A DNA stretch of 64,000 nucleotides from NCBI GenBank assembly GCA_017499595.2, contig CM038998.1, forward strand, positions 310,001 to 374,000, written 5' to 3'. Origin of the DNA: Psilocybe cubensis (Eukaryota). Positions 34,101 through 45,472 of this stretch are shown piece by piece. A program made the position numbers and the translations under genes. The notes under the pieces are model-generated. The model made no database searches and was not told the DNA's origin. It worked only from the letters and a program-made list of their open reading frames with translations. The first letter of the stretch is position 1; the number at the start of each line of letters is the position of its first letter.

Positions 34101-35367
34101 GTATGTTGATGGATGTGATACTTGCCAACGCACCAAGCCCCGTCGACAGAAACCCTATGGAAAGCTACAACCCCTTGAGGTGCCTGCAGGTCCTTGGCAG
34201 CACATTTCCACCGATTACATTGGGCCGCTGCCACCATCGCAGGGATACGACGCGGTTCAGGTGGTCTGTGACAAGTCAACAAAGCGTGCCCACTTCCTTC
34301 CGGCACACACCACCGATGGTGCAGTAGAAATGTGTGACACCTTCATAGACCGGGTATGGTCTTTGCATGGGACTCCCAAGAAGATTGTGTCGGACATGGG
34401 GCCACAATTTATTGCGAAATACACAAAACGTTTGTGGGAACGTTTGGGTATTAAGCGCGCGATGTCATCCGCTAATCACCCACAAACCGATGGTCAGACA
34501 GAGAGGGTTAATCAGGAATTGGAAATTTACCTGCGCGCGTACGTCGACTACTACCAGGACGACTGGGTGCAGTGGCTTCCCTTTGCAGAGTTTGCCTACA
34601 ACAACAGACACCATACAGCAATAGGGATGTCCCCATTTTTTGCTGAATACGGCTATAACCCATCGTTTTCCGTGGATCCTGTGAATTCGCAATCAGTTCC
34701 ACGCGCCGACGAGAGGCTGGAGCGCATCCACAGGGTGCAGGGCGAGCTGCAGGCAATTCTGACACTCACCGCGGAGAGGATGAAGAAATTTCACGATGAT
34801 TGGGTGGATGAGGCACCCGACTACATCCCTGGTGATCGTGTCTTCTTGGAACGCTCTGACCTGCGCTCATCGCGCCCTAACAATAAATTGGATTTTCGTC
34901 GTTTTGGGCCTTTCCGTATTGCACAGAAAGTCTCCGATTCTGCATATCGATTGGAGTTGCCTGCTGGTTGGGCCATTCACGATGTTTTCCATGTCTCGTG
35001 CTTGATCCCAGCTCGTACGGACACCATTCTGGGCAGACGACAGTTGCCGCCGCCGCCTGTGTTAATGCCCGGCGGCGAAGAGCGTGAAATTGAGCGCATA
35101 CTGAGGGAGCGGCGGACGAGGGGTGGTGTTGTGGAGTTTTTGGTGAAGTGGCTTGGGTTTGACGAGAGCGAAAACGAGTGGATTCCAGAGTACGGCATGC
35201 AAAATGCACGCAGATTGGTGGCAAAGTTTCGTCGGGAGGAAGCTACGAGGGGTAAGGTCAAGATTTCGCGCAAACAGGGAGTCTCACGACGGGTGAACAC
35301 AGAGGGAGGGGCTGTGGAAGGGGTGTTGCAAGGACGTCGTCGAGGGCGTCCTAGGACAGTTGGCTGA
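31117..35367 (+). CDS. pol: Retrotransposon Pol (protease, RT, RNase H, integrase, chromodomain), probably translated by -1 frameshift from gag
   Basis: Protease LDSGAS, RT YLDD, RNase H ETDAS...DKELLA, integrase H...GHPG...CDTC and SDMG/QTDGQTER, chromodomain EIERIL...FLVKWLGFDESENEWIP. Uninterrupted 1416-codon ORF. Confidence 0.97.
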   Translation: MPCLVAASATQNRFSVLTPPNKLVLTGPNQTVPRRRRCRTRRAAVIHARSPRSQFSSFEIPITIHVHKTATPNVPTIIDTRAMLDSGASCCFINPRFVEQHGLISIPKKRSLRLRTIDNSEIKSGLITHEVHLKVFIDSHSELLVCDVTDIGDDNLIFGINWLRRHNPVVDFDRSTLDFTSEYCRQRCLPLPEAITAAAASPSPGRLRKRLLERQRRRARQHAREARRTGLEVEADDVERLKLLHPVRQKPGRKTPHTHSQCRQTNTCGATGRLRIRRESLHFLKCSRASWTQMTRDLQADALRVAHAEIAKALEHAVQQEEAGGVVEGVSLEQCWDGESHRGCQGPGIRAAASHSVSQRLAEAATPAKATGSVEDLVPAEFHEFLDVFDKGRSERLPAHKPHDLAIELEGNVPPPVGKLYQMSAAELRALKEFIDDNLKKGYIRPSKAPCGAPVFFVKKKDGSLRLVVDFRALNAITRPDAYPIPLSAELLDRLKAAKVFTTLDMRWGYYNVRIREGDEWKTSFRTRYGQFEFLVMQFGLRNAPAAFQRMVNDLFHDLVDINVVLYLDDIIIFSQDPSKHDEQVKEVLRRLRKADLFLKPEKCQFRTTEVDYLGFRISPGCVGMDPVKVSGVTDWPVPRNVRHVSRFLGFCNFYRRFIADYANITRPLENLKRKDMAWRWGDVEQAAFAQLKQAFIQAPVLMLPEMEAPFHVETDASDFAVGAILSQKDAAGDWRPVAYFSKAMQPAERNYDVHDKELLAVVRALEVWRPYLEGNPFCIDIFSDHRNLEFFMTARDLNRRQARWSLFLNRFVFKIHHRPGRLSAGPDELSRRADHIHGMARDNAAMEILPAERLGQDSNDGGGGTVLGKRGVVLELRCCGMSKVVARVGQVIRADKEIMDRIRTVSRKDPKLDLMWDLPNAPGLVQRRLKDFVVDDGVVRFRGLVYVPNDEELKRWILQLYHDAIPAGHPGISNTLELVSRNYYWPRMSEFVARYVDGCDTCQRTKPRRQKPYGKLQPLEVPAGPWQHISTDYIGPLPPSQGYDAVQVVCDKSTKRAHFLPAHTTDGAVEMCDTFIDRVWSLHGTPKKIVSDMGPQFIAKYTKRLWERLGIKRAMSSANHPQTDGQTERVNQELEIYLRAYVDYYQDDWVQWLPFAEFAYNNRHHTAIGMSPFFAEYGYNPSFSVDPVNSQSVPRADERLERIHRVQGELQAILTLTAERMKKFHDDWVDEAPDYIPGDRVFLERSDLRSSRPNNKLDFRRFGPFRIAQKVSDSAYRLELPAGWAIHDVFHVSCLIPARTDTILGRRQLPPPPVLMPGGEEREIERILRERRTRGGVVEFLVKWLGFDESENEWIPEYGMQNARRLVAKFRREEATRGKVKISRKQGVSRRVNTEGGAVEGVLQGRRRGRPRTVG

Positions 35368-35521
35368 CGTGGCCTGTGGTTCTTTTTTTTTCTCTTCCTC
35401 TCTTCTTTGGCGTGCCGGCCGTTCGATCTATTTTTAGTTTCTTTCTTTCTTTGATATTTCGTGCTTTCTTTTGTCTTTCTATTTCTCCTCTTCATTTCTC
35501 TGTCTTCAAGAGGGGGTGTGG

Positions 35522-35704
35522 TGTCATGATATGACCACACACGTGATCCCGCGCTGTTATCCTCCTTCGTAGATACAGTATATCCTTTAGCTTTGACCAC
35601 TTCGTTATTAGGTATGTACTACTGGTACATACTCCATTCTTTATATAACTTCGTTATTAGGTTACCTTTCGTGCTGCATTGCAGACCACAGTGAGAACCT
35701 TACA
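35522..35704 (+). repeat. 3' LTR (183 bp)
   Basis: Identical to the 5' LTR; preceded by the polypurine tract and followed by TCCAA. Confidence 0.97.
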
Positions 35705-36400
35705 TCCAAGGTCTGCCCAGATCCTCAAACATCGCACCAATTACAGAAGCGCAAGCTGAGGCTTTGGATGCCCTTCATTTTCTTGCTGAGAAGTATTCCC
35801 TTGGGCTGAACTTTCAGAAGGGCGATATTCAATATATTAACAACTTGAGTATATTCCATGCCAGAGACGGTTTCAAGGATGACCAAAATAAGACGTGAGC
35901 ACAAGTCATTTTTCATTCGGGCCTTGCAATGATAACTTTCTTAACTTTTTTTTACATATCTCAGCCGGCACTTACTCCGACTATGGCAAAGAAACGAAAA
36001 ATTAGCCTGGAAACTACCAGACGAGCTGTTGCCTCTCTGGAAAAAAACTTTCGACGTAACTCCAGAGCAGCAGACATTCGCTTTGGAACCTGTGATAAGG
36101 GACGCGGTGAGGGGCAAGAATTAAAACAATTTTTTGTAACTACAAGGCTCACTGGTGACTGGGACCTCTCGAAGAGCTCAACTCTCCACTGTCTTATAAT
36201 TTAGTGTTTGTAGTAGGAATCTTAAAAGCTTCAGCCACGCTCACGAGCTTTGGTCTTATTTTGTCCTGTTTTTCGAGGTGGGATATTCCGAGTCCGTTTT
36301 TGCCTTCCAAATCAATTTCAAATCATTTTCAACTCTATCCACATCGTGGTTTCCTATACTTTTTGTTCGTCTGCTGGCTCAGTGAACTTTTTAAACAGAT

Positions 36401-37597
36401 ATGGCGTTACGCGATTTCACCAAGCCAGGCTCTTGGTCTTCTAGACTTTACGACATCCTACGACCTGCGCCACACCCAATGGCAATTCAATTCGGGAACA
36501 GTCAAAGCAAATCTCGTCATTCAGCTGGTGAACTCTGGAGGCATGTTTTATCTTGCTCGATTTATCACGATTTGGCGGGCGAGAAAGAAGAGATGCAACT
36601 CGCCCGCGGTAGGTCTTGGCGGAGATTTGTTAGAATGGAATGCATGGGCCTTAGTGGATTACTATTCTATGAAATCAACCCGCCTCTTTCTTCTGGTGAA
36701 AATTCGGAGTCAGTGGATGGTAGGATAGTAGCTCCTGCAGTCGAAAATTGCCAATCATCTGCCCTCAACTTGACCCTGGAAAGTGTCTTCGGCAATCCTG
36801 ACGATCCCGATGATTCTGGAATGGCGGTAGACGATTTACTGGATGCTGTTCATGCCCGCGTTGTCTACTTTCCAGCATATGCGTGTACTTCTTTCATAGT
36901 ACGTATCAATACTTGCTGAACATACCTCAACCTCACGTCCTTGTGCTAGACTGGACAGGCAATGGCTGCTTTCTTTCGCGATCAACCATCCTTCAGACCT
37001 CGCCCCGCTCCAGAAGGATTTTCAGTCCCCACTTCTCAGACTATGGAACTTATTGATGCAGCCTCGAAACATGACGTTCTTCCCTCCGAAATATCTGAAT
37101 CTACTGAGACACTATGTACAGAAGCGCATACGATGTCACTTTCTCCGTACTCGTGGCGGGCTATCTGTGGGGATCTTGCCGCTCTCGAAAAACTTGACCT
37201 TGATCCAGACGACCCGTACTCCGCACTCTGTGTTCGCACATCTTATAGCGTGCATAAGACTACCTCTTCTTCTCACGGTCTGTCGGATGAGGAAGATGGA
37301 AATGCAACGTTGTCTACTATTGATTCTACAGGTTCTTCGACGCCTCCACCTGCTTTGACGACAAGTTCAATGGCAACAGAGAGTTCTTTTTCCTTTAACT
37401 ATCATCCTTTCAGGCGTTCTTTGCCCATCTATGCAAAAGATCATTCTATCGGGTTTAGCATCTGGACTTTGAAGCCGTCTAGCACTTCCCCAGCAGTAGT
37501 AAATGAAGGCGAGACAGTCATTTCTGCAACGCATAGTGAAGACGGTTCCTTTCTTAATTGCTCATTGTCGTATGCCGAAATCAGTAAAACAAACTAG
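36401..37597 (+). CDS. Hypothetical protein (probably 2 exons)
   Basis: ORFs 36401-36919 and 36962-37597 can be joined by a short intron near 36885-36949. Ser/Thr-rich C-terminal half; no recognised domain. Confidence 0.5.
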
Positions 37598-37660
37598 TGC
37601 TAATTAAGGAAAGTCCAGTAGCATTGTACTTTATCTACCATTTCATATGTCCCACCACAT

Positions 37661-38668
37661 CTAATAAACTACCCCAGCCTCTTTCATCAAGTCTTTTACC
37701 TCGACGTCTATTGTCATAAAATTTTATTGAGATAAATCGTTTTATAAAGGTGATCACACCTACGGTCCTCGGTATGCTTCATTCGAGAAGCGAATAGGCA
37801 TGTCGATCCTAATAAAACAAACAATGAGTTTCAACGTCCAACAGATACCAACAGAATAGACAACTCTACCTGGTCCAAGAATAAACTCTCCTCCCAGCTG
37901 AGTGAATTTCCCTTGCTTTCCGACCTGCCATGGATGCTTAAATGGTCCCCTCTGCTCCTCAAATCAACCAATATCACATATGTAGGTATAATTCTCTTAC
38001 CCAGAGGCTCATCATGAGATTTGAAAAAGCGCTAAGTGTTAGATAGCTCCTTTTTACTTCGCCAACTGGAGTTTTCTCGAGGCTTTCGATGTCCATTCCT
38101 AGTGCATGATATAGCTTCAGACTCGGGTCTGCGAAAAAAAGCCCGTTGAATTTGGTTGCCTCTACGAACTCTTTTAGCATGGCGGTTTTGAGACGAATGT
38201 TTTGGGAGGTGGAAGTTGAATACCCTTGTAAGACTTAATTGGGCCATAACCTCCGCACCCTATCACCACAATTCGAGTGCTTGCCTGAGTCAGCGCCTCT
38301 TCCGGTACCGATGCCAGAGCCTCTACATATAGCTAAGAAAGGTGTAAGATTGAGGAATGGACGGGGTTGTGAAAGATAATCACACCTGGCAAGACTTTCA
38401 CCGACTTTAGCTGCGCAAATAAAACAAAATATTCCAACTGGCTTGTTACTCACCCCGCAAAAGAAATGTCCTTTGTAATTATTTTAGTTACCTTTCTCGA
38501 ATTAAACAGCATCTAGATGTTGTACTGCTCACTTATGAACACAACAATCGTTTTTTGCTCGGCAAAGATTGTGCTGAACTTGACCTTGTTGCCGTCAATA
38601 TCAAGTATGTCGCAATTTCCTGCTTCTTCAAGTGTCTTTTGATCAGGAAGCTCCTTTAAGTTTTTCAT
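37661..38668 (-). CDS. AhpC/TSA-like (peroxiredoxin-like, AhpC-TSA_2) thioredoxin-fold protein
   Basis: Spliced KTIVVFI|RHFFCG|xCQ|LYVEAL...IVVIGCG...FADPSLKLYHALG...QLGGEFILGP|G...RMKHTEDH|VEVKDLM. Confidence 0.85.
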
Positions 38669-38905
38669 GGAGGTGATGGTACGAGAAAACGAGAGGTGGG
38701 AATTGAGCGATACTTCGTGCTATTTTGGGCTTCTGTCAAGTCCTACTGACTGACTTAGGGGCTTACCATCATCAAGGGCACGTGCCATCCATGTCTCGAC
38801 GATTGTGGCAGCACGCCCGCTAAGACGTTCTCCATACATTTTCATCAACTCTTCTTAGCTTCCTGATTTCTTCAACCATCCAAAGCTTCAGATTCTCGAA
38901 TACAT

Positions 38906-40162
38906 ATGGCACTACCCTCCGCTGGTCCAGAGGCTCAAAATGCCCTCTTCGAAAATCATTCGGAATCTGAACACGTACCTCCAACGTTGAAACGAGCCGT
39001 GCTGCGGATGCAATTCCCCCCGTCGTATGTTCTTGTCGGTGTATACAGGCTATTTACAGACAAGAACCTATACAAACCAGCATGGGATAAATGTAAGCAT
39101 GCTACTAGGCGGGGCGCCATTGTAGGATCAATATGGGTGTGTTCAGTATTTTAAAACTTGAAGAAAGACCACTAATTGGTGCTCTCAAGGCCGCTCTGAC
39201 GTTTTCAATCCAAAAGAAGTTCATCGAAATATTTCTCTCAAAGTTTGTGTTGTGTGTATCTCGATATGTCTCGTTGACTGACAGATTGTGACTAGCTCTC
39301 CAAGAATTACTGGCTTGTCGAGAGATGACACAGTTTTCGGATACCACGTTCCTTTCAGTTTGTATACTTGTAAGCAACTTGATATGCCATTTTTGCTGCT
39401 AATATGTACCAATGATCCTGATCCTGCAGACGCAACAATAATGATTCTTGGATCTCAAGTCACCTATATCCTGCGGTTCTTCCTTAGCCGAAACATTCGC
39501 ATTGCACGCGACCGAGCATGGGACCAAACAGTGGCATCTCGAGGGAAGGGACCAGACTTTTGGCAGCCATACGTCGAAGAATGGGAAACTCCGCCAAACT
39601 TGAACCTCGAGACGAAACAGGATAAACTCATCAAGAAATGGCTAGGAGGGTGGTTCGGGCTTTTCGTCGTGAAGAGAGGTCAGTGCTACACATATTCATT
39701 CATATATTACCTTCATCCAACCTCCTCTAGTTCTTCTTTCACCCTTCCAGGTGTACCCATTTGTCGGGATGGTTGTGTCTGCCTGGTTCAAAGCTCTAGG
39801 AACTTCCCGGTTCCTACATCAACGGGTGAGATTATAACTCCCTTCTCTCCGTAGTTTTACTTACAAACTTATTGTGCCTTTTAGTATTTCCAAGCTAAGA
39901 AAATGACGGACAAGGAAATAGCAGTGTTCATGCAGGAGCGTAAATGGGACTATCGAATTTTCGGCTTTACTGCTGCTCTATTGGAAGGGATCCCCATTAT
40001 AGGACTTGTTTTCACGGTTTCAAATCGTGTCGGAGCAGCAATGTGGGCTCACGGTAAATTTTTTCCCTTTTTGTGCCTCACCCTCGCACTGATGGAATCT
40101 TCATAGATCTGGAGAAAAGACAACATTACATCGCCGAAGAGCGTGGTCGAAAGAAAAACTAA
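38906..40162 (+). CDS. EI24/Lds-like multi-pass membrane protein
   Basis: PPSYVLVGVYRL, hydrophobic segments, H(Q)R|YFQAK and FGFTAALLEGIPIIGLVFTVSNRVGAAMWA; ends DLEKRQHYIAEERGRKKN*. Confidence 0.7.
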
Positions 40163-40334
40163 GTGTATCTCACATATGTATGTTGTTTGTTATATTTACT
40201 AGAAACATTTCTTCTCCGGAGCAACTTGGCTTTTGTGCAATAATCGTGTCTTACTCCTCACATTTCAGTCTTGCCATAGACCCCTAGGTTCGTCGTCATT
40301 ATTTCACGTGGACAGTCTGGTAGTCGTCGTGCAC

Positions 40335-40418
40335 GGACCCCTAGCTCAGTCGTAGAGCGTGAGATTCCAGAAATGGTCTGTTTCCTCAAGGTCATCCGTT
40401 CAATCCGGGTGGGGTTCA
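40335..40418 (+). tRNA. tRNA-Trp(CCA) with a short intron
   Basis: Acceptor stem GGACCCC/GGGGTTC, D arm GCTC..GAGC, anticodon arm TGAG..TTCCA..CTCA interrupted by ~12 nt, T arm ATCCG-TTCAATC-CGGGT, and a downstream T-run terminator. Confidence 0.8.
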
Positions 40419-40513
40419 TGTTTTTTGGTAATTCTCTGTGTTCAACGGTATAAGATGGTAACAACTTTTATGTAAGTAAAAGTTGCTAGTCCCCTGTGTT
40501 ATTGGTCCCATTT

Positions 40514-41781
40514 TCATGTGCTTCCAGGACAATCAAAACTGGAACACAAATTATCAAGTCCAGAGTCGAATGGGGTGATTGGGATAAGTCCTGTACCGGG
40601 AAGGGTGTATATTGACATGATATTCGGCCCTCCGCAAAATTCGTTCGAGTTGCCCGTACAAGGGATCATTTTTTGTGAACCGAATCCAAGGGCAGTACAA
40701 TCGGTGATGGGATGTGCTGAATTTTGGATGGAGTTACCGCAATCTGTGTATGATTTTCATAATTAACCGCGTGAATGGATGTTGAAAAAAGAGGATAAAC
40801 TCACAGCATTCGTCTCCTCCAGTCAACCCTGCTAGTGTGAAGCCTAATTATATCCAAGTTAGTTCCTGAAACTCTATTTTAGGCGCGTCGGTGACGGACC
40901 TGAATTGCCACATTCGGTGACACACCCCACAGAGGTGAGATTACCATGCAAGGCGGGCATGTTTACTGTCAATGCATGAGCTGTTGGTGAGTCGCTGTGA
41001 AGTAGTATTGAGCAGATGCATAGGTTTAAGAAATAGACAAACTCACTTGTAAAAATATGAAAATCTCCAGGAACCGACAGCAGTCAATGATGCGCCACCT
41101 GGCCATAGGAAGTTGGAGCAGCTGAATTGCGTTACTTCGTTGAAAAAGATGTTAAACAGAGGCGGGGTGCCGTCGGAAAGTCCGCAAGATTCTCGACGAT
41201 TTCCAGGACATCCTACTCCAACAATCCCAGTGTTTTCACACTCTCCTCTGTCACTTTCAAAACAAGAAACGGGGTTGAAGATATTGGCGCAGCCTTTATT
41301 ATCAGGCAACGAGATACACAGGATTAGCTCAATAATAGAAAGAGAAAAAATAGTGGTGAATGACTCACGGCATTCGGTACCCTTCAACCCAGCCATACGA
41401 GAACCTTGTCCATCGCAGAAAGCCACACAAAGTTCTATCGTCATGTGCACTGGATCAGTAAAAGCCGGTCCAGAGAGAAATTCTCTTTCCAAAGGCAAAT
41501 CATTAAATGTGCAGTCGCTGAAAGTCCTATCAGCAAATATAACTGTATAGTTTTTGGATAGAACTGACGCAAGACATTGACTATTTCCAGACCACCCCGG
41601 TGGGAGTACAGAAGTATTTCCGATTAGAAATGGGAAAGGCGCTGCCGGAGTTTGTGGGGATCCCGATGCTGTTGTGAAAAGCCAGGCCTTGATTTGTTAG
41701 CAAAAATATTGAGCTTAACGTCTGGGAATTGACAGGGGAGAAGGGGCTTACAGTTAGCAAGGTCAGCGAAAGTGGAAACAT
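40514..41781 (-). CDS. Secreted protein with two WSC carbohydrate-binding domains
   Basis: Signal peptide MFPLSLTLLT|AWLFTTASG. First repeat MTIELCVAFC...AGLKGTEC|xCAN...CPGNRRESCG; second repeat LTSVGCVTEC...GGDEC|xCGN...CTGNSNEFCGG. Confidence 0.82.
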
Positions 41782-42290
41782 TCTGGCTAAGAGATCGTCG
41801 ATTAAACAACAATTCCTATGCATGTCTCGGAATCCACGCACGTTTATATGCAAAGAGACTTGACACCAGTGGGAAGTTGTACCTGTGCCTCTCGTTAGGC
41901 CCGCGGGAATAAAAAGAAACTTCTGTCGATAGTTTGAAAGCGTCAATCGAGTACGTATCTCAATCTGACAAACGTCGTACTTTTATGCAGAGACATTGTG
42001 ATTAAGATTGTTCAAAACTCTGAACTATCACCGAACACATCAACCCCTGGATCATGCTTTGGCGAGGAGCCTTATGGCGCATTGTTTTATGGACTTATGT
42101 CAGCCGACAAGTTGAAAAAACTTATGCGGTTGAAATTTGGAATCAAGAAAAAGCGAAGCATGCGACAATTAGAATGTTTTACAACGTAAGCAGGGCCACA
42201 TACAATTATGCCCACGTACAGAACAACAAAGGGATATTTTACCAGGGTAATACAACTTACACATACATGAACAACAGCTGTACATATCGT

Positions 42291-45200
42291 CTACATATCA
42301 ACCATCAGAAGATAACGAAGGCGTATCTGAGAGGGATCGTATACAATATACTGGACAGGATAGCAATAGTGTTAGAGCATGATAGGTTTTAAAAGGATAA
42401 TTTACATACCTCGTTGTACTGTAGGCAGATCCCTGGAATTCCAGTGACGTCTTTGCCAGGACCAGAGGGCATTTCGCATCCAGACAGCTCGGGGTGGTTC
42501 AATGCTGCCCCTGCGTCTTTCCACGCTCCAGGTTGAGTGCGTCCGAGACCCTTGGTAGCCCTGACAGAAAGCATTGTCAGCAAAATGCCAATTCAAACGC
42601 TGGGAAACATGCTACTCACATCTTTCCAGCCTTCTTGCACTCTTGATCGGCGTGGTAGCTCTGAAAGATCGGAAAGTGCCATTAGTTACGTAATATGTTC
42701 AGGGAAATGGAAAGAGACATACAGCATTGGTAAGTTCATGGAAAGGTTTGACCAACACCTCGCACAGAAGGAGGAGCCCGGTGTTATTGCTCAAGCTAAA
42801 TTATATAGTGAGACAAAATTCAGAAATAAAGACAGCAATATGACGTACTATGCGTAGCAATAGTTTGCAGACTACAACAATGATTAATGAAATGTTGTAG
42901 GACCAGGGCAGACGGACCTACCTTGCTCATCATGTCGGCAAAGTAAACCCCTTTTCCGAACATATATCCAGTGACAGGAGCTAAAGACGTCGGTTGATTA
43001 ACCAGAAGTTAATGCTACAACGTGCAAAAGATGTACCTTCAGGAGGAGCAATACGAAGCCCTTGCTTAAGAATACCTACGAATGACGTTCAGAGTCGATA
43101 CACAAGGTAATTCCATATTTCAGCGTACCTGCAAAGTTGGTCGTTCTGGAACCATGCCATAAAAGAAGACGCTCCCCAGAGGCCACACTTGAAAAGTTCT
43201 TCGAATTCCAAGCCTGTGTTTCAGAGTCCCTGTTGGCATGTTAACTGGTGTACTGCTGGAAAGAAGGTGGAATAACGATGTATACCTTTCAACGCGGTAT
43301 GCGTGGCGCACATTCACTGTGTATCTGTGGGTGGCGCCGTGCGTATCCCGTGCGTATTGAACTAGGCTATTGAACTCAGCAGAATCCTTAGGAACGGGTT
43401 CCATGCTTGTGAGGCCCAGGGAACGGAAGTGGGAGTCGATGGGATTGATGGGGTTGCCATCCGCATCCAATGTGCTTGTCGATGATATCAACTTGGATGC
43501 AATTTCCTTCATATTTACATTTTAGTTAGTCACTATATCGGAAACAAAGTGAACGAAGGTTTTTACCATGTCTCCAAGAGCATCAACAAGGTCCAGTTCC
43601 TGTTCATATAAGCGACGTTCTAAATTCCTTGAGAGAAAGAGTTTACCTTTTTGAGAGCTATCTCATTATCGATAACAACAGGCCTGTTTCGACCGAAGTC
43701 GTGAGGAATGACACTGTCGAAAAGGTGAGCAAACATGTCCTGGCATATGTAATCATATCTTACGAGTAGTAAGCGCTGCTGAGCTGCTCGCATGCTCGAC
43801 GCATTCCGCCATATTGAGTAGCAGTAGGACCAGTAGGATTTTGGATCACATCTGCGAGAGTCTATATGTTTTTCTCATTAACAACGTTCCAAAAATCCAG
43901 TAGGAATACACACCTTGAGGGCAGAGAATCCGCTCAAGATCGTAGACTTCGCCAGTTTTCCTGTTATGTCGAGTAAGAAAAGGTGTAATATTCACAAACA
44001 AAATATTACAAACCTAATGGCAATTTTCTGGCATCGTAGTTCATGGACGAGAGATGGGCATCGATGATACTGTAAGCGTTATTTGGTAAGCAAGCTGCGC
44101 AAGGTTAAGGACCTCGTTGCTTTTCACCTCGTAGAAAACAGCAAATTACATAGTTCCTAGAAGATAATGGAATTAAAAAAGATAGAAAGACTCGCAAATG
44201 TAATGACTTACTTGAATCTCGGATGGAAGTTTCGAATCGGGGATAATAACTTCGTCTTTTGCAGCCTTCTGGTCGTCATCTTTGGATTCTTCGTCGCCAT
44301 AATCTCGTTCTGTAGAAAAAAGGTCAGAAAGAATCTAAGAACGTCGATGGTTATTACCAAGCCATGTATATTTCCCTTGTATATATCAGTTTAGGTTCAA
44401 ATATCGATAGTGGCGGATAACACACACCTGGTTTAGGAACCATGCCAACCCTCTGTTCCCAGGCAACAGCGGTCTTAGATCTGAATTGCTTCTTGAATTC
44501 GTTGACCGCTGTCGAAGAAGAGAAAGGGCCCTATTGTTGTTATATAGTTCAGTAAATGGCGACCACAGAGCAGTTAAAGTTACCTTGGTCTGTGTTTGAC
44601 CATTCTCCCCGACACGACCCCAACGAGTGAACAAAGTGCAAGTGTTATTGTTTCCAATTGGGTGCAGAAGTTGAATAACATAGAATCTACATCCATTAGA
44701 AATCAAATACAATATTAACAAATGAGCGCAAACGCACTTGTTCTTGTTTTGGTTTCCACTGACATCTGTTTGGTTCAACATTGCGTCCCAAACTCCCTCT
44801 GTGTTGGAATATACTTGATGCGTATCTGCAAGATGTATCATTGTCAGAAATGAGCTTGCGGCTGTAAAACCTCAGAGCACTCACTGACACACCCGGACAT
44901 GGCATCGACGGGCGCTGCGCCACGTTTCAAGACAGTGACCTTGTAGTAATACGTAAGTGAAGAACGTCTACTTTCTAAGAGATTGAACGCACCATCTTCT
45001 TGTCATCCACTGCGGGTTGAGCATCGTCTTTTTCGCCGCTATCTGGGGTAGCACCCTGTGTGTCTACAGCATCTTTGGCCTTGTCATCAACGGTTTGGCT
45101 CTTCGTTTTTGCGGAAGCTGGCTTGGGCGCTGCACCATCATCTTGGGTGGTAGTGGCCGAACGCTTCCCCTTCGCATTGTCGCTATCTTGCGTACCAGTT

Positions 45201-45472
45201 TGGGTGTTTATATCACTGTCAACTTTATCATCGGTAGTTTGGCTTTTCTTTGTTCTTTTGGAAGCCGGCTTGGGTGCTGCATCATCGGTAGTGGCCGAAC
45301 GCGTCCTCTTCGCCTTCGGTTTGCTGTCCGTTTCCGCAGGCACGTCTGGTTGAGTTGTGGACGTGCCAGCAGTGCCAGCCGGTTGAGAGTTCGTAGCCGC
45401 CTTGATTCTTGAGCTCGAACGAGTAGGAGCCGGGACTGCGTCGTCAGCCGTCGCTTTTTTTCTGGGAGGCAT
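42291..45472 (-). CDS. Poly(ADP-ribose) polymerase (WGR, regulatory and catalytic domains)
   Basis: WDAMLNQTD...FYVIQLL...TRWGRVG (WGR domain), IPHDFG, LLWHGSRTTNF, GYMFGKGVYFAD and LQYNE|YIVYD (H-Y-E triad). Basic, disordered N-terminus. Confidence 0.93.

Larger units (their letters stand above)
29689..35704 (+). mobile_element. Full-length Ty3/Gypsy chromovirus LTR retrotransposon
   Basis: Two identical 183-bp TG...CA LTRs, flanked by a TCCAA duplication (29684-29688 and 35705-35709). Contains gag and pol (PR-RT-RH-IN-chromodomain). A purine-rich tract aagaggggg precedes the 3' LTR. Confidence 0.98.
28675..36124 (+). pseudogene. Second TauD/TfdA dioxygenase paralogue, interrupted by an LTR retrotransposon
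   Basis: The 5' part (QVFHTDQG...IIIQYARRYFTGFQ) stops at 29688. It resumes after 35709 with GLPRSSNIAPITEAQAEALDALHFLAEK...|RHLLRLW...GKN*, collinear with the upstream paralogue. Confidence 0.92.

Noticed and set aside
30046-35600. Numerous antisense and alternate-frame ORFs inside the retrotransposon
   Set aside because: These are shadow ORFs of GC-rich gag/pol. There is no evidence for an env-like or accessory gene.
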